Assembly: GCA_963716725.1 (NCBI GenBank)
Contig: CAVQUB010000005.1
Location: 96,001-160,000 of the forward strand
DNA: 64,000 nt
DNA from: an uncultured delta proteobacterium
Lineage (GTDB): Bacteria; Myxococcota_A; Polyangia; Polyangiales; Polyangiaceae
Direction: 5' to 3'
Shown: positions 31,155-43,690 of the stretch, piece after piece
Position numbering within the stretch: position 1 is the stretch's first letter
Layout of the letters: each line of letters begins with the position of its first letter
Notes under the pieces: generated by a model
Database searches by the model: none
What the model was told of the DNA's origin: nothing
Seen by the model: only the letters and a program-made list of their open reading frames with translations
Position numbers and translations under genes: made by a program

Positions 31155-32590
31155 TCGCCGTCGCCGTGCTCTGCGCTTGCGCGCCGGCGGCGCCGCCCCC
31201 GCACGGAGAAATACTCGTCAACGTCGACACGGATCTGCCGGTTGTGCGCGCGGTCAGCCAGCTGCGCGTCGATTCCTATGCTGGCGACGGCCGCTGGTTC
31301 GACTCCCGCACCATCGGCTTGCCGGACGCCGAAAGCTGGCCTGTCAGCTTCTCCGTGTATTCGGATGACGATCGAGCGGACAAGCTGCTTTGGCTGCGGC
31401 TTCGAGCGTTCTCCGACGGTGCGGTGCGGGACTACCGTGGGGAGCGATTCACTTCTCCATCATTCACCGCTCCGCCGCCCGCTGGCGATGGACCTCGATT
31501 GCTAGGGCATGGCGCGGACGTGACGCCTGCCCTCGAGCCGCTGCCTGCCCTGACCGTGGATCGGTTGGTGCTTCTGCGGCTCTCGCCGGGTCGACGACGG
31601 AGCGTATCGCTGGTCCTGGCCGGGGTCTGCGCCGGGCGCATGTCTCGGCTGAGCGAGGCGGGAACGCCGAGCGCCGGGAGCGAAAGCTGCGAGTCCGGCG
31701 AGCCGGCGGTTGTTTCCGAGGCTTCGCTGACCGAAGGCATCGTGCGACAAACCCAGTCCCAGGTGGGCAGCTGGAGCGAGCCCTGCGACGGAAGTGGGGA
31801 CGCTGATCGCGTGTGCGTTCCCGGTGGCGCGACCATCATGGGCTCGCGGGAGTTGCTCGTTTACCCGGACCTGCCGCCGACGCCAGAACGAGTCGTGTAT
31901 CTGTCCCGCTTCTGGGTCGACCGGAACGAAGTCAGCGTCGGTCGCTTTCGTGCAGCGTTGGACGCGGGCTTGCCCGTTTCAGACCTACCGCGCGCCACAC
32001 TCGGAACCTTGGGACCGGACTTCGTCCAGAATGGCTGCAGCTGGACGCCCACCGTGGCCGAGCGCGAGGACTTCGCGCTCTCCTGCGTGTCTCAGCCGAC
32101 GGCGCGGAAGTTCTGCCAGTTCATGGGCGGCGATCTGCCGAGCGAGGCTCAGTGGGAGTACATGGCGACCTCGGCGGGTCGGTCGCAGCGCATGCCGTTC
32201 CCCTGGGGCGACACGCCACCAACCTGCGACGCGGCGGTGTACGGGCGGCTCTCGTTGAGCGGTCTTCCGGGCGTTTGCCAGGACTTCGGCAGTGGCCCAC
32301 TGCCGCTCTGGGCAGGGCCCGGGGATGCGTCTCCGTTGGGCATCGCCGGCCTGGGCGGTGGCGTCAGCGAGTGGCTGCGCGACGCCTATGCCGATTATGG
32401 AGCGCCGTGCTGGAGGCATGCTCCGCTGGTGGACCCTCAGTGCCAGGAGGCAGTCGCCGAGCGCTCGGTGCGCGGGGGCAGTTGGGCTGCGCCGCCCACG
32501 ATCCTGCGTAGCGCTGGGCGGATGGGCGTGGACGGCAGTGGCGAAGCCTCATTCATCGGTTTTCGCTGCGCATATCCGGGGACGTCGTGA
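31133..32590 (+). CDS. FGE-sulfatase (SUMF1-like) domain lipoprotein
   Basis: 'FWVDRNEVSV', 'LPSEAQWEY', 'GGVSEW', 'VRGGSW', 'IGFRCA'. Confidence 0.85.
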   Translation: MDHPRALIAVAVLCACAPAAPPPHGEILVNVDTDLPVVRAVSQLRVDSYAGDGRWFDSRTIGLPDAESWPVSFSVYSDDDRADKLLWLRLRAFSDGAVRDYRGERFTSPSFTAPPPAGDGPRLLGHGADVTPALEPLPALTVDRLVLLRLSPGRRRSVSLVLAGVCAGRMSRLSEAGTPSAGSESCESGEPAVVSEASLTEGIVRQTQSQVGSWSEPCDGSGDADRVCVPGGATIMGSRELLVYPDLPPTPERVVYLSRFWVDRNEVSVGRFRAALDAGLPVSDLPRATLGTLGPDFVQNGCSWTPTVAEREDFALSCVSQPTARKFCQFMGGDLPSEAQWEYMATSAGRSQRMPFPWGDTPPTCDAAVYGRLSLSGLPGVCQDFGSGPLPLWAGPGDASPLGIAGLGGGVSEWLRDAYADYGAPCWRHAPLVDPQCQEAVAERSVRGGSWAAPPTILRSAGRMGVDGSGEASFIGFRCAYPGTS

Positions 32591-33939
32591 GGTGGGTGGC
32601 GGCGCTCGGCTGCGCTGCTCTCCTGATCGGATGCGGATCCGAAGCTCCGCCGCCGGAGGGGCAAGTCGTGGTCTACGTGACGACGGATGCGCCGCTCCCA
32701 GCCGCGCCCGGCGACCCTCCGGGCGACGTTCCGGCGTTGTTCGATCGCCTCGATCTGGCGGTATTCGAGCCCGGCGCCAGCGAGCCCTGCGGCGGCTGCA
32801 AGAGGAGGCTGGCGGTCGACCGCGACGGGGTCGATTCGGGTGCCGTGAGCTTCGGACTGGTCGCTGCGCCGGGACAAGGAGGCTTCCGAGTGCGAGCACG
32901 CCTGTACCGCAGCGCGATGACCATCGCGGGATCGCCTCGCCCTGCGTCCACCATCGAGCTGGTCGCGGCGCTACCGGCGGTGAAGCAAGACGCCGTGACG
33001 AGCGTGACGTTGGTTCTCCACACCGACGACGTGGGCCGGCCCGTCGGTGATCTCGAGCAACCGGTAGAGCCGCTGCCCGGCCGGTCACCGCGTGGCTTGG
33101 TTGGCAGCTATCCGGGTGCGGTTCGCGTCCCATGCCCGACGGCACCCCCGGCGAACATGGCCTGTGTACCAGGCGGAGCGTTTTGGATGGGAGATCCCAC
33201 GTTGGATACCACCGACAGCAACGAGTACGACGGGCGCCTCGAGCGTCTGGTGGTGCTTTCGCCGTTCTTCGTCGACAGGACCGAGGTCACGGTGTCCAAG
33301 TTCCGCGCGTCGGGCCTGGCCATCTCGCTCATTGCCGGTAGTCCGAGCGACAACCCCCACGTGCCTGACGCGAGCTTCCCCTACTGCCGCTACACCGACG
33401 AGCCTGGTGAGTTCGAATCCCACGCCGTCAATTGCATCAGCTGGCATCTCGCCGCGAAGTACTGCGAGTCCCTGGGCCGCACCTTGGCCACGGAGGCCCA
33501 GCTCGAGTACCTCATGAGTCGGCTCGGGCGCGGGCCGTACGCATGGGGCACGGACTCGCCCGCCTGCGAGGACGCGGTCTTCGGTCGTGAGGTGGGCGGA
33601 TCCTGCGAGGCACTGGGCGAGGGGCCGGTCGAGGTCGGGAGCGGATTTCGGGATCGACTCGCGCTCGACGGCGTGCAGGTCGTCGACCTCACGGGCGGTG
33701 TCACCGAATGGGCAGCCGACGCGTGGAATCGTGAATCCGAGGGCTGCTGGGGAACCGGAGTTTTCGTCAATCCTCGCTGCGATACGCCGAGCGGCCTGGA
33801 CGCTCCGGCACGAGTGATGCGTGGCGGCGGATGGTATTCCTCGGCCTCGCTACTGCGGGCTGCGCTGCGCGCGCGCACCGCCAACGAGACCCAGGCCGTG
33901 TCCGCCGCCATTGGCCTGCGTTGCGTGAGCACGCCATGA
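32587..33939 (+). CDS. FGE-sulfatase (SUMF1-like) domain lipoprotein
   Basis: Lipobox LIGC; 'FFVDRTEVTV', 'TEAQLEY', 'GGVTEW', 'MRGGGW', 'IGLRCV'. Confidence 0.85.
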   Translation: MRWVAALGCAALLIGCGSEAPPPEGQVVVYVTTDAPLPAAPGDPPGDVPALFDRLDLAVFEPGASEPCGGCKRRLAVDRDGVDSGAVSFGLVAAPGQGGFRVRARLYRSAMTIAGSPRPASTIELVAALPAVKQDAVTSVTLVLHTDDVGRPVGDLEQPVEPLPGRSPRGLVGSYPGAVRVPCPTAPPANMACVPGGAFWMGDPTLDTTDSNEYDGRLERLVVLSPFFVDRTEVTVSKFRASGLAISLIAGSPSDNPHVPDASFPYCRYTDEPGEFESHAVNCISWHLAAKYCESLGRTLATEAQLEYLMSRLGRGPYAWGTDSPACEDAVFGREVGGSCEALGEGPVEVGSGFRDRLALDGVQVVDLTGGVTEWAADAWNRESEGCWGTGVFVNPRCDTPSGLDAPARVMRGGGWYSSASLLRAALRARTANETQAVSAAIGLRCVSTP

Positions 33940-34970
33940 GCGAGTGTCTGGACGACGAGCTGCTTCTTGGCTTCGTCGAGCGGCGCCTGGACCTCGAGAC
34001 GACCGCCCGCGTCGAAGATCACATCGACGCCTGCGCCGCGTGCCGGCGTCTGCTGGCCATGTTGGCACCCACTGAAGCGCCGAGCTCCGGTTCGGAGCAC
34101 GCGTCCGAAGGGGAGGACTCCGCCGTGGAGGGCTATGCGATGGAAGAAGTGATCGGAGAGGGGGCCATGGGTCGGGTCTTCGCGGCGCGAGATCGCCAAA
34201 CCGGTGAGCGCGTCGCGGTGAAGGTCATGCGCGCCGATGCGAGGGAATTGGTCGAGCGTTTCGCTCGGGAGGCCGCCTTCATGGCGCAGGTCTCGCACCC
34301 CAACGTGGTCGGTATCCGGCGGGTGGTCGAGGTCGGTACGGGCGGCACCTTGGCCCTGGTGATGGATCTGCTCGAAGGCCGCACCCTCGAGGACCAACTG
34401 CAAGCAGCCCCGGCGCTCTCCGTGGCCGAGGCGGGCCGGATCGGGATCTGTCTGGGCAGAGCAGCGGGAGCCGCGCACGCGCATGGCATCATCCATCGAG
34501 ACATCAAGCCTGCGAACGTGTTTCTCGAGACCGCGTCTGACGGTCCTGCCCGCGTCCGCTTGCTCGACTTCGGGTTGGCCAAGCTGTTCCGCGTTCACCC
34601 GACGGCGTCCACCCTCGGCCGATTGACGGCGAGCGGTGCGGTGCTCGGAACGCCCGCCTACATGGCGCCCGAGCAGGTGCGCGGCGACAGCGATATCGAT
34701 CCGCGTGCGGACGTGTGGGCGGTGGCGGCAGTGATCTATCGGCTGCTCGCCGGTCGGGCGCCGGTCGTCGGTCGCGGCTTCGCGGACATATTCCGTCGCG
34801 TGGGCGAGCCGATCGCGCCCGTGGAGAGCCTGCGCCCGGAGACGCCGCCGGCGATTTGCCGCGTGATCGGCCGCGCCCTCGCGGTCGACCGGGACGCACG
34901 CCCCGCCGATGGCAACGCGCTGGCCAGCGAGCTGTCAGCTGTTCCAGCCACGACGTCAATCGGCAAGTAG
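33936..34970 (+). CDS. Ser/Thr kinase with N-terminal ZAS-type zinc motif; probably C-terminally truncated
   Basis: 'EDHIDACAAC' (HxxxCxxC), HRDIKPAN, DFG; ends right after the kinase domain, overlapping an opposite-strand fragment. Confidence 0.85.
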   Translation: MSECLDDELLLGFVERRLDLETTARVEDHIDACAACRRLLAMLAPTEAPSSGSEHASEGEDSAVEGYAMEEVIGEGAMGRVFAARDRQTGERVAVKVMRADARELVERFAREAAFMAQVSHPNVVGIRRVVEVGTGGTLALVMDLLEGRTLEDQLQAAPALSVAEAGRIGICLGRAAGAAHAHGIIHRDIKPANVFLETASDGPARVRLLDFGLAKLFRVHPTASTLGRLTASGAVLGTPAYMAPEQVRGDSDIDPRADVWAVAAVIYRLLAGRAPVVGRGFADIFRRVGEPIAPVESLRPETPPAICRVIGRALAVDRDARPADGNALASELSAVPATTSIGK

Positions 34971-35197
34971 TCGATCGACACGCCGTCGACCGATTCGGGA
35001 AGCTCGACCCGAGGCGCTTGCGAGCCGTCCGCACAGGTGTCCCAGGCCTCCGGCGCGAGCAAGAGGTCGACGTCGACCGTAGCTCGTGGCCAGCCATGCA
35101 CGCCCACGGCGAGCGCCCCGATGGTGGCGTGGCGAATCCCGGCGGCGCTCAAACGCCGCGGCGCCTCGCGGAGCGCCGCGATGACCCTGGGGTGATC
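34940..35197 (-). pseudogene. Truncated nucleotidyltransferase-like gene
   Basis: 'IGALAVGVHGWPRATVDVDLLL' (G..A...G.PR.T.DxD) motif; runs into the kinase 3' end. Confidence 0.55.
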
Positions 35198-35520
35198 ACC
35201 CGCCGGCCACCGTCGCGTGAAACACCTGGCCGTGGTGCACGATAGCGTTGAAGGCGACCTTGCCGGACTCGCCGTGGTGGGTCGTTCCGCAGCCTGGTGG
35301 CTGTGCGGTGCTGGCGGCGCTCGCTTGAATCCGCGCGAGCAGGGCCATCACCACTTTGGCCGGATCGCTCTTGCTCGACGTTTTCGGACCGAACTGGCGC
35401 TTACGCCAAACTGATCCGCAACCATCAGCGACGATGGCACTGTCTCGAGCGCCGCGAGAATCCTCTGGCGCAAATCAAGTGATAGGGCTCGCGTGCCCCA
35501 CTCGTATTAGGTGTTCCCGA

Positions 35521-36880
<1,360 letters not shown>

Positions 36881-37106
36881 CACCGGAAATCACGCGCGGC
36901 TGAACGTGCCCTGTTCCGCGAGCATCGTTTCAGTCGGCGATCAGTGACTCTGGTTGTCTTCCGGCGTGATGCCGATCCTGGCCGTCGGGTTTGCCCCCGC
37001 GGGGGCCCTCTTGCTCGATGCGCCGACGAGGGGGTTGGTGGTGTTGCCGCTGCTGCCGCTCGGGCTCGATGTTCAGCAAGGGGCACCGCACGAAATCCTG
37101 CCCGCT

Positions 37107-40100
37107 TCAATCGGCGGCCATCGCTCGAAGCTCCTCGAGCCACGGCACCTTGGCGTCGAGCGACGACCACGCCTCGATGAGCGGCTTGGCGAGCGCCTTC
37201 GCCTTGGCCTTGTCACCTCGCTTCCAAGCTCGTCGGGCTTGCCGGAGGTCCTCCATCCCATGGCCCCGGACGTCCCGATTGACCCCGAGCGCGATGTTGC
37301 CCTGGTCGAGCTTCTGGGCGATCTCCGGCTCGCCAGCGGCCTCGAAGAGGTCGACCGGCAAGAGGGTGGCCATGGCTGTGTCCTGGAGGAGGGGTCGCCA
37401 CTGGCGCACGGCACCCTTGTGGTCTCCACTCGTCGCGAGGCTCGCGCCTCGCAGGTGCGTTTTGACCTCGGGAGTGAGCAGGGTGCTATCGAGATAGCGC
37501 TCCGCGAGTGCCTTCACGCACGCTCGCCCGTCGGACCGAGACGCCGCGAGGCAGACTTTGGTCCAGGCGGCCAATCCAATCGGCGGCGCGTCCGGTAGCG
37601 GGCCTTTCGAGACGCGAGAGGCCCACGTGTTTGCCACCTCGACCCCCCTCCCGATGACCGCAGCGATATTGACGGCTCTCAATGGGATGCGCCCGGCCCC
37701 CTCATTGCGTTCGAGCCTGTCGTCGAGCTTGTTCATGAACCGCATGGCAGCGTCTGTTGCTCTTGCCGGGAATCCGTCTGCACCGTCTGCGGCGATGAGG
37801 AGATAGGCGGATGCGTCGCGCGCCGCCTCGTCGCCCCCTGCGGCGAACACGGCGAGCGCGCGAGCCTCGGGAATGTGATCGAGCATGATCAATCGCCTCG
37901 CGAACTCGAGCATCCGGTCTTGGACCAACGGTGCGATCTCGTGCGCTCGGCGGGACCAGCGAAGGCTCAGTTCGACGTCCGACTCGCCCCAGTTTGCAGC
38001 AAACCACTCTCCGGCGTCGAAAGGGGCCCAGGCGTGCCCACTACGTCGCACGCTGTGGCGAGTGCGTTCAGTCGGAACGAAGCCGGAGGCAGAGAAGCCC
38101 AGCTGCCAGGCCGCCTCCCATGGGTGTTCACGCGCCGAGCGCGCGTAGAGGGGGAAGGCATCGGAAGGAACTCCGGTGTCCACCATGAGAAGCGTGGCTT
38201 CCGAGACGCGGAGGGCGACCTTCGCCTCCGGAAGGTCCTCATGTTCGGCTGCTGTGCGAAGCTCTCGCCCAAGCCCAGCTGCATCCTCGAGTTTCGCGCC
38301 CAACAAGAGGTGCGTCCCCGTGGAATAGGCTAGGCTCATTGGAGAGTTCCGCACCAACGCGAGATCTTTCGGAGCGGCGGCCCGGCCGATCGAAGCGCGA
38401 CAAAATGTCGTCACGTTCTCGCGCATCGTCGGATCCCACTCATCGTTCGCGAGAACGCGACGACAGCGCGGCGCATTCGCGAAGTCTTGGTTGATAGTAA
38501 ACGTGTCCAGATCCCAGCCAAGGTCTGGACTCGCAATCAACAAGGCGCGCCGGACCTCCGAGGTCGTCTTGGTGGCGACGGGGAATGCGCCCGCTTCCCC
38601 AAGGGTGTTCGATGCAACCCTTACGGCGTCGGCCAGATCTGGAGCGATTCCCACGCCTCGTCCCGCCTCCCTGCCGTCGGGTGCGAGGAGACGCAACTCG
38701 ACAGTGAAGTCCCTTCCGCTCGCCCTCACGCTTCCATCGAGCGTGGCTTGGGTGCGCTCCGCAGCAGCGGCCAGGCTCTTTGCGCGGAGCTCGGGCGGGG
38801 CATAAGGATCGTCCGGCACGTCCTCGGAGTAGCCGGGCGGAAAATCGAGCAGAGAGGCGGCGGAGACCACCCGCCGGCTGTCGCCCCCGAGGAGCCATTG
38901 CATGCGTCGGCAGGCGAGGCCCGACGTAGCTGCGCCGAGCCAGCCCACTGGTGCCGTAACGCCGCTCGCTTCGAATACTGCGCAACCGAGCTTGGACTGG
39001 GGGTCGGCGAGCATCTGGCCGACTGGCAAGCCTGCTGAGGCCGACGAAGATGGCGCAGCCACAGGTAGCGAAGGCGCGTGCGCTACCTTCCACACGCCCA
39101 TGCCCGCGACTCCGAGCGCCGCGATCAAGGCCCCCGCAATCCAGCGAGCACGTCCAGCTTGGGTCGAGGGTGCTCCCACTTCGGTCGCGCTGCGCGCCTC
39201 GATCATCCAACGATCAGGTCCGGTTTGGGTCGAGGGTGCTCCTCTTTCGGTCGCGCTGTGCGCGTCGATCTGGGGAGCAGGCACCAGCGCGGTGTCCGCC
39301 AGCCCGAGCGCCTCAGCGGCCTCTGGCTCCGAGCGCCGCTGTGCGCTCTCCCGCTGCGGGCGCCTCGCGACGGGGGTTCGCTTCGCCGCATGCAAGGCGA
39401 GCACATCGACGACGTCGCTCATGGTCGCGTGGCGCTGGTCGACCTCGGGCTCGAGCATTCGATCGATCAAGACGGCAACGTCCGGAGGAAGCTCGGGAGC
39501 CAGCTCCGCGACCGGGCGAACGTGACCCGAGCAGCACCATGACCACTTGCGCGAAGCTCTTGCCGCGCGTGGGCAATTCGCCGGTCACCATTTCGTACAG
39601 CATGAGTCCGAGAGACCACACGTCGGTGCGTGCATCCACCGGTCGCTCTGCGAGCGCCTGCTCCGGTGACATGTACATCGGCGTTCCCATCAGCGAGCCC
39701 GCGGCAGTCTCCGTGGACTGGTTCGGGAGCCCGCTTCCGACCTGCTTCACGATGCCGAAATCGAGCAACTTCACGTCTCCGTCCTTCGTCACGAAGGCGT
39801 TCGCTGGCTTGAGGTCGCGATGAACGATGCCGAGACCGTGTGCAATCTCGAGCGCCTCCGCGATGGGGAGTGTGAGCGCGGCCGCTGCCCCGACGTCGAG
39901 CTTGCCCTCGCGCGCAAGTCGGGCCTCGATGGACTCACCGACGAGAAGATCCATGACCAACACAGGCTCGCCGTCGTCACCCTCGATGACATCGTGCACG
40001 GGGACGACGGCTGGGTGATCGATGGCGCATGCAGCTCGCGCCTCCTTGATGACGCGACGACGCGCATCCTCGCTCAGTCCGCTCTTCAGAAACTTCAGCG

Positions 40101-40224
40101 CGACTTGGCGCTTCGTGAGCACATGCTCGCCGACCCACACCTGCCCCATGCCGCCCTCTGCGAGCATCCGGACCAAGCGGTACCGAGCGCCGATCGTCTC
40201 TCCTTCTTTCACCACGAAGGGCAT
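37107..40224 (-). CDS. Large membrane Ser/Thr kinase with helical extracytoplasmic domain; frameshift near 39527
   Basis: EGGMG, HRDLKPAN, DFG, GTPMYMSPE; ORFs join on removing one base from a CCC run. Confidence 0.85.
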
Positions 40225-40392
40225 TTGCGAGAAGCCTCGCAGAGTTGGACTTCGAAGTCTCGCGGAGGCCCGAATTCCGGCCGTGGCGGAGCCGAAACGT
40301 CCCACAATGTCTGATCTGTCGGCTTCGCGTAGCCGTTCTTCTTGAAGCAGCGCAGCGCGCGTTCCCCCCCAGTCCTGTCCGTTCAGCGCATG

Positions 40393-40531
40393 TCGCGGAT
40401 CCGGACGTTGTCACACGTGCGATCCGCGGAAGGGGGGTGGTGCGTTGGCGTCGTTCGACGCCAGCAGCATCGCGGTGAACGCGAACGCCAACGTTCGCAC
40501 CGTCTGCCCATGTCGCATCGTCCACCTCCCG
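40393..40531 (-). repeat. Diverged copy of 52489-52622 (RBS and signal-peptide 5' end of the peptidase/RCC1 gene)
   Basis: Direct alignment of 'cggacgttgtcac…gcgttggcgtcgttcga…cccatgtcgcatc.tccacctcccg'. Confidence 0.9.
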
Positions 40532-40562
40532 CGTGCCCGACGCCGTCTCGATCCGCGCCCCA

Positions 40563-40581
40563 CCCTACGACGTATAGCTAG
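40563..40581 (-). repeat. R1 left part: copy of the 4Fe-4S gene 3' end, split by IS630
   Basis: ccctacgacgtatagctag is identical to 52706-52724. Confidence 0.92.
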
Positions 40582-40609
40582 TACCTCGACGCAGAGGAGT
40601 TGACCGTTT

Positions 40610-41405
40610 TCATGCGGCGGTTCGAACGGCGCGCGGCCGTACGACCGAAGGGTGGGCTCGCCCGAGCTTCTCCCGGGCTCGCTCCAGCGTGAAAAGCCAC
40701 CTGATCCGTGCCTTCTCGCGATTGCGGCGCCGCTCCCACGCCTTGACCTCGGAGACCAGCATCGCTTTGGTCGGGATGCGCCGGTCCAGGCACTGCGACA
40801 CCATGACCCCGATCTCGATCTCGACCATGTTCAGCCAGCTCGCGTGCTTCGGCGTGTAGTGGAACTCAAGTCGACGGAGGATGCGACGCGCCTCGGCGGG
40901 CTCGAGGCTCTCATACAGTGCGGCGTGTGTGTGTGTCGACAGGTTGTCTATCACCACGCGGATCTGGTCCGCCTTCGGATAGTGGTCGTCGACGAGATCG
41001 CGCATGCACTCGGCGAAGTCGCGCGCGGCTCGACGATCGGTGACCTTCGCGCGACGCCACGAACGGTGTGCGTCGACGAACATGAAAACGTTCGCGGTGC
41101 CGTTGCGTACATATTCGTAGTCGAAGCGCGCTGGCCTGCCCGGCTTCGGGGCGACCGGCACACGAGACTCGCCGATGAGTTGTCGCGGCGTCTCGTCGAA
41201 GCAGACCACCGGGCGACTCTCGTCGGGCGCCTCGGCGTAGAGCTCGAGCACGTCTTCCATCCGTGCGACGAATTCGGCGTCGACTTTCGGAATGCACCAC
41301 ATCTTCTTCTGCCACGGTTTCAGCTCGTTTTCCGCGAGTCGGCGGCGGATCGTCTCCGACGAGAGCGACCTGTGCTTGGTCAGGCGCACCATCGCGCCGG
41401 CCAGC
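40610..41405 (-). pseudogene. IS630 transposase, C-terminal DDE part
   Basis: 'VVCFDETP', 'DYEYVRNGT', 'DNLSTH', 'HYTPKHASWLNMVEIE'. Confidence 0.92.
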
Positions 41406-41557
41406 TGTAGGCCGTCACCCTCCGTCGTGATCCCCCGCGGTCGTGGTGTCGGTCTGGGCGCTCGTTGTTTCGGGTGAGCCGGGTTCGGACTCCGGAGAGC
41501 TTCGCCGTTCTTTTTTCCTGAGAGGCTGATCCGCGGAAAGCTGATCGCCGGAGAAGG

Positions 41558-42235
41558 TTGGTCCGTCGCGGTAGCACCCGCACGGACCCGGCCAGCGAAG
41601 GATTGGTTGTCCGTTACGAGACGACCCTCACCAGCGAGCGGTACGTTACCGAGCAGGCGTGGCGGGCCGCAAGTTTGGAGCGGTGCCCGCTGCACCCGGA
41701 GGGCGGCTGCGGTCTCGCGGGGCACGGGAGCTACGGTCGGGTCCGCCCCGTCGGCGTCCGCGTCGCCCGGTTCTGGTGCCCGCGGGCTCGGGTGACTATC
41801 AGCCTTTTGCCTGATTTTCTGGCTTCCCGACTGTCGGGCACGCTCGAGGAGGTCGAGCGGGCCGTCGAGGTGGCCGAGGGCGCCAAGAGTCTGGAGGCGG
41901 TCGCCGAGAAGGTGCGCCCCGCGATCGCAGCGGACGCGGTGACGCTTCCAAGCGCGCTGCGGTGGCTCCGGCGGCGGCGTGTTGCTGTCCACGCGGCGCT
42001 CGTGGCGGCAGTGACGCTGGTGCCGGCGCTCACGGGCTGCCCGGCGACGCTTGGCGCGGTGCGGCAACGACTCGGGGTGTCGGATGCGCTCGTGGCGCTG
42101 CGGTCGGCCGCGGCCATTCACCTGGCCGCCATGCCAGCGCCGGTCGGACTGCGGGCGCGAGGGCGAGCGCGGCAAGCATCGCGAGAGCCGACCCCACACG
42201 AAACGGGGCCGGACCCTCCTCGGCGGGACCGATAG
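41558..42235 (+). CDS. Transposon accessory protein with Cys/His motif (start uncertain)
   Basis: 'CPLH..CGLAGHGSYGR..RFWCP..TISLLPDFL'. Confidence 0.65.
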   Translation: MVRRGSTRTDPASEGLVVRYETTLTSERYVTEQAWRAASLERCPLHPEGGCGLAGHGSYGRVRPVGVRVARFWCPRARVTISLLPDFLASRLSGTLEEVERAVEVAEGAKSLEAVAEKVRPAIAADAVTLPSALRWLRRRRVAVHAALVAAVTLVPALTGCPATLGAVRQRLGVSDALVALRSAAAIHLAAMPAPVGLRARGRARQASREPTPHETGPDPPRRDR

Positions 42236-42286
42236 CGGGTTGGTGTGCCCGGGACGGACCCGGGCCGACACCGAAAGAGAACTCCG

Positions 42287-43690
42287 ATGAGGACACCGAC
42301 CCCCGAAAACGAACGCACGCTCGCTGACGCCGAGCGCAGAAAGCAGATCGCGCTGTTCCGTTATGGCGTGATCGCAGATCTGCTCCACCTCGAGCGCGGT
42401 GCGCGCGGCATGTACGCGAAGCTGCGCGAGAAGGCGGAGAAGGACTGGGAGATCCCCGGAACGCTCCGGCGGAAGGTCCAGGCCGAAACGATCCGCGGAT
42501 GGCTTGCGGACTACCGACGCGGCGGCTTCGACGCCCTTGTCCCGAAGATCCGACGGGACGAGGGCTCGGCTCGCGCCATTCCCCGGGAGATCGCGGATCT
42601 GCTCTGCGAGACGAAAGAGCAGCACGCGGACTTCAGCGTCGGACTCGTCATCGCGCACGTGACGCGCTTCGCGAAGATCCCGGAGGGGGTCACGCTTGCG
42701 CCATCGACGGTGCACCGGATCTTGTCTCGGGCCGGACTCATGCAGAAGAAGCAGGGCGAGCCGACGGCGAAGGACCGCCGACGCTTCGCCTTCGAGAAGG
42801 CGGGCGAACTGTGGATGAGCGACGTGATGCACGGCCCCGCCGTCGCCGTGTCCGGGCGGCAGCGGAAGACGTACCTGCTCGCCGTCATCGACGACGCGAC
42901 ACGGATGGTGCCGTATGCGGCCTTCGCGCTCAGCGAGAACGCCGCGACCCTTCTCAGCGTGCTCGAGCAAGGGATCTGCCGCCGCGGGATCCCCAAGCGG
43001 CTTTACGTCGACAACGGTGCCGCCTTCAAAGCACAGCACCTGGCGCTCGTGTGCGCGAAGCTCGGCATCACCTTGATCCACGCGCGTCCCTACACGCCCC
43101 AGGGAAAAGGAAAGATGGAGCGGTGGTTTCGGACCGTGCGTCTTCAGCTCCTGCCGACGCTCCAGCCCGAGGACAGGCGGAGTCTCGAAGCACTCAACCG
43201 CCGTCTCTGGGCGTGGGTCGAGGGTGAGTATCATCGGAGTCCCCACCGCGGACTCGACGGTGAGACGCCCGCGGATCGCTGGGCGATGCGCTCAGACGAG
43301 GTGCGCCAGTCGTCGAGCGACCTCGCCGATCTGTTTCTCTTCGAGCAGAAGCGCCGTGTGCAGGCCGACCGCACCGTGTCGCTCGACAGCGTGGCCTACG
43401 AAGTGGACGCGATGCTCGTCGGCGAGACCGTCGTCCTTCGCTTCGATCCGGCGCGTCCGCGAGAGACACGTGCCGTCCAGGTCTGGCATCGCGGAAAGCA
43501 GATCCAGATCGCTCGCCGTGTCGACGTCTACGCCAACTGTTTCGTCCGACGCGATCACACGACGAAGGCCCTGCATCCATCTCAGCCCGTGGACGAGCCG
43601 CCCCCCGGCATGCGCTTGAGCGACTTCGACTTCGATGTCGGGGACAACCAGCAGGGCGGCGCTGGCGACGACGAGGGGGACCTCCTCTGA
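42287..43690 (+). CDS. DDE integrase-core (rve) / Mu-like transposase
   Basis: 'LWMSDVMHGP', 'IDDATR', 'YVDNGAAF', 'PYTPQGKGKMERWF'. Confidence 0.92.
   Translation: MRTPTPENERTLADAERRKQIALFRYGVIADLLHLERGARGMYAKLREKAEKDWEIPGTLRRKVQAETIRGWLADYRRGGFDALVPKIRRDEGSARAIPREIADLLCETKEQHADFSVGLVIAHVTRFAKIPEGVTLAPSTVHRILSRAGLMQKKQGEPTAKDRRRFAFEKAGELWMSDVMHGPAVAVSGRQRKTYLLAVIDDATRMVPYAAFALSENAATLLSVLEQGICRRGIPKRLYVDNGAAFKAQHLALVCAKLGITLIHARPYTPQGKGKMERWFRTVRLQLLPTLQPEDRRSLEALNRRLWAWVEGEYHRSPHRGLDGETPADRWAMRSDEVRQSSSDLADLFLFEQKRRVQADRTVSLDSVAYEVDAMLVGETVVLRFDPARPRETRAVQVWHRGKQIQIARRVDVYANCFVRRDHTTKALHPSQPVDEPPPGMRLSDFDFDVGDNQQGGAGDDEGDLL

Noticed and set aside
40610..43246. 878-aa ORF as a single giant transposase
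   Set aside because: It is a chimera of antisense read-through from the nested element with the IS630 C-terminal half.
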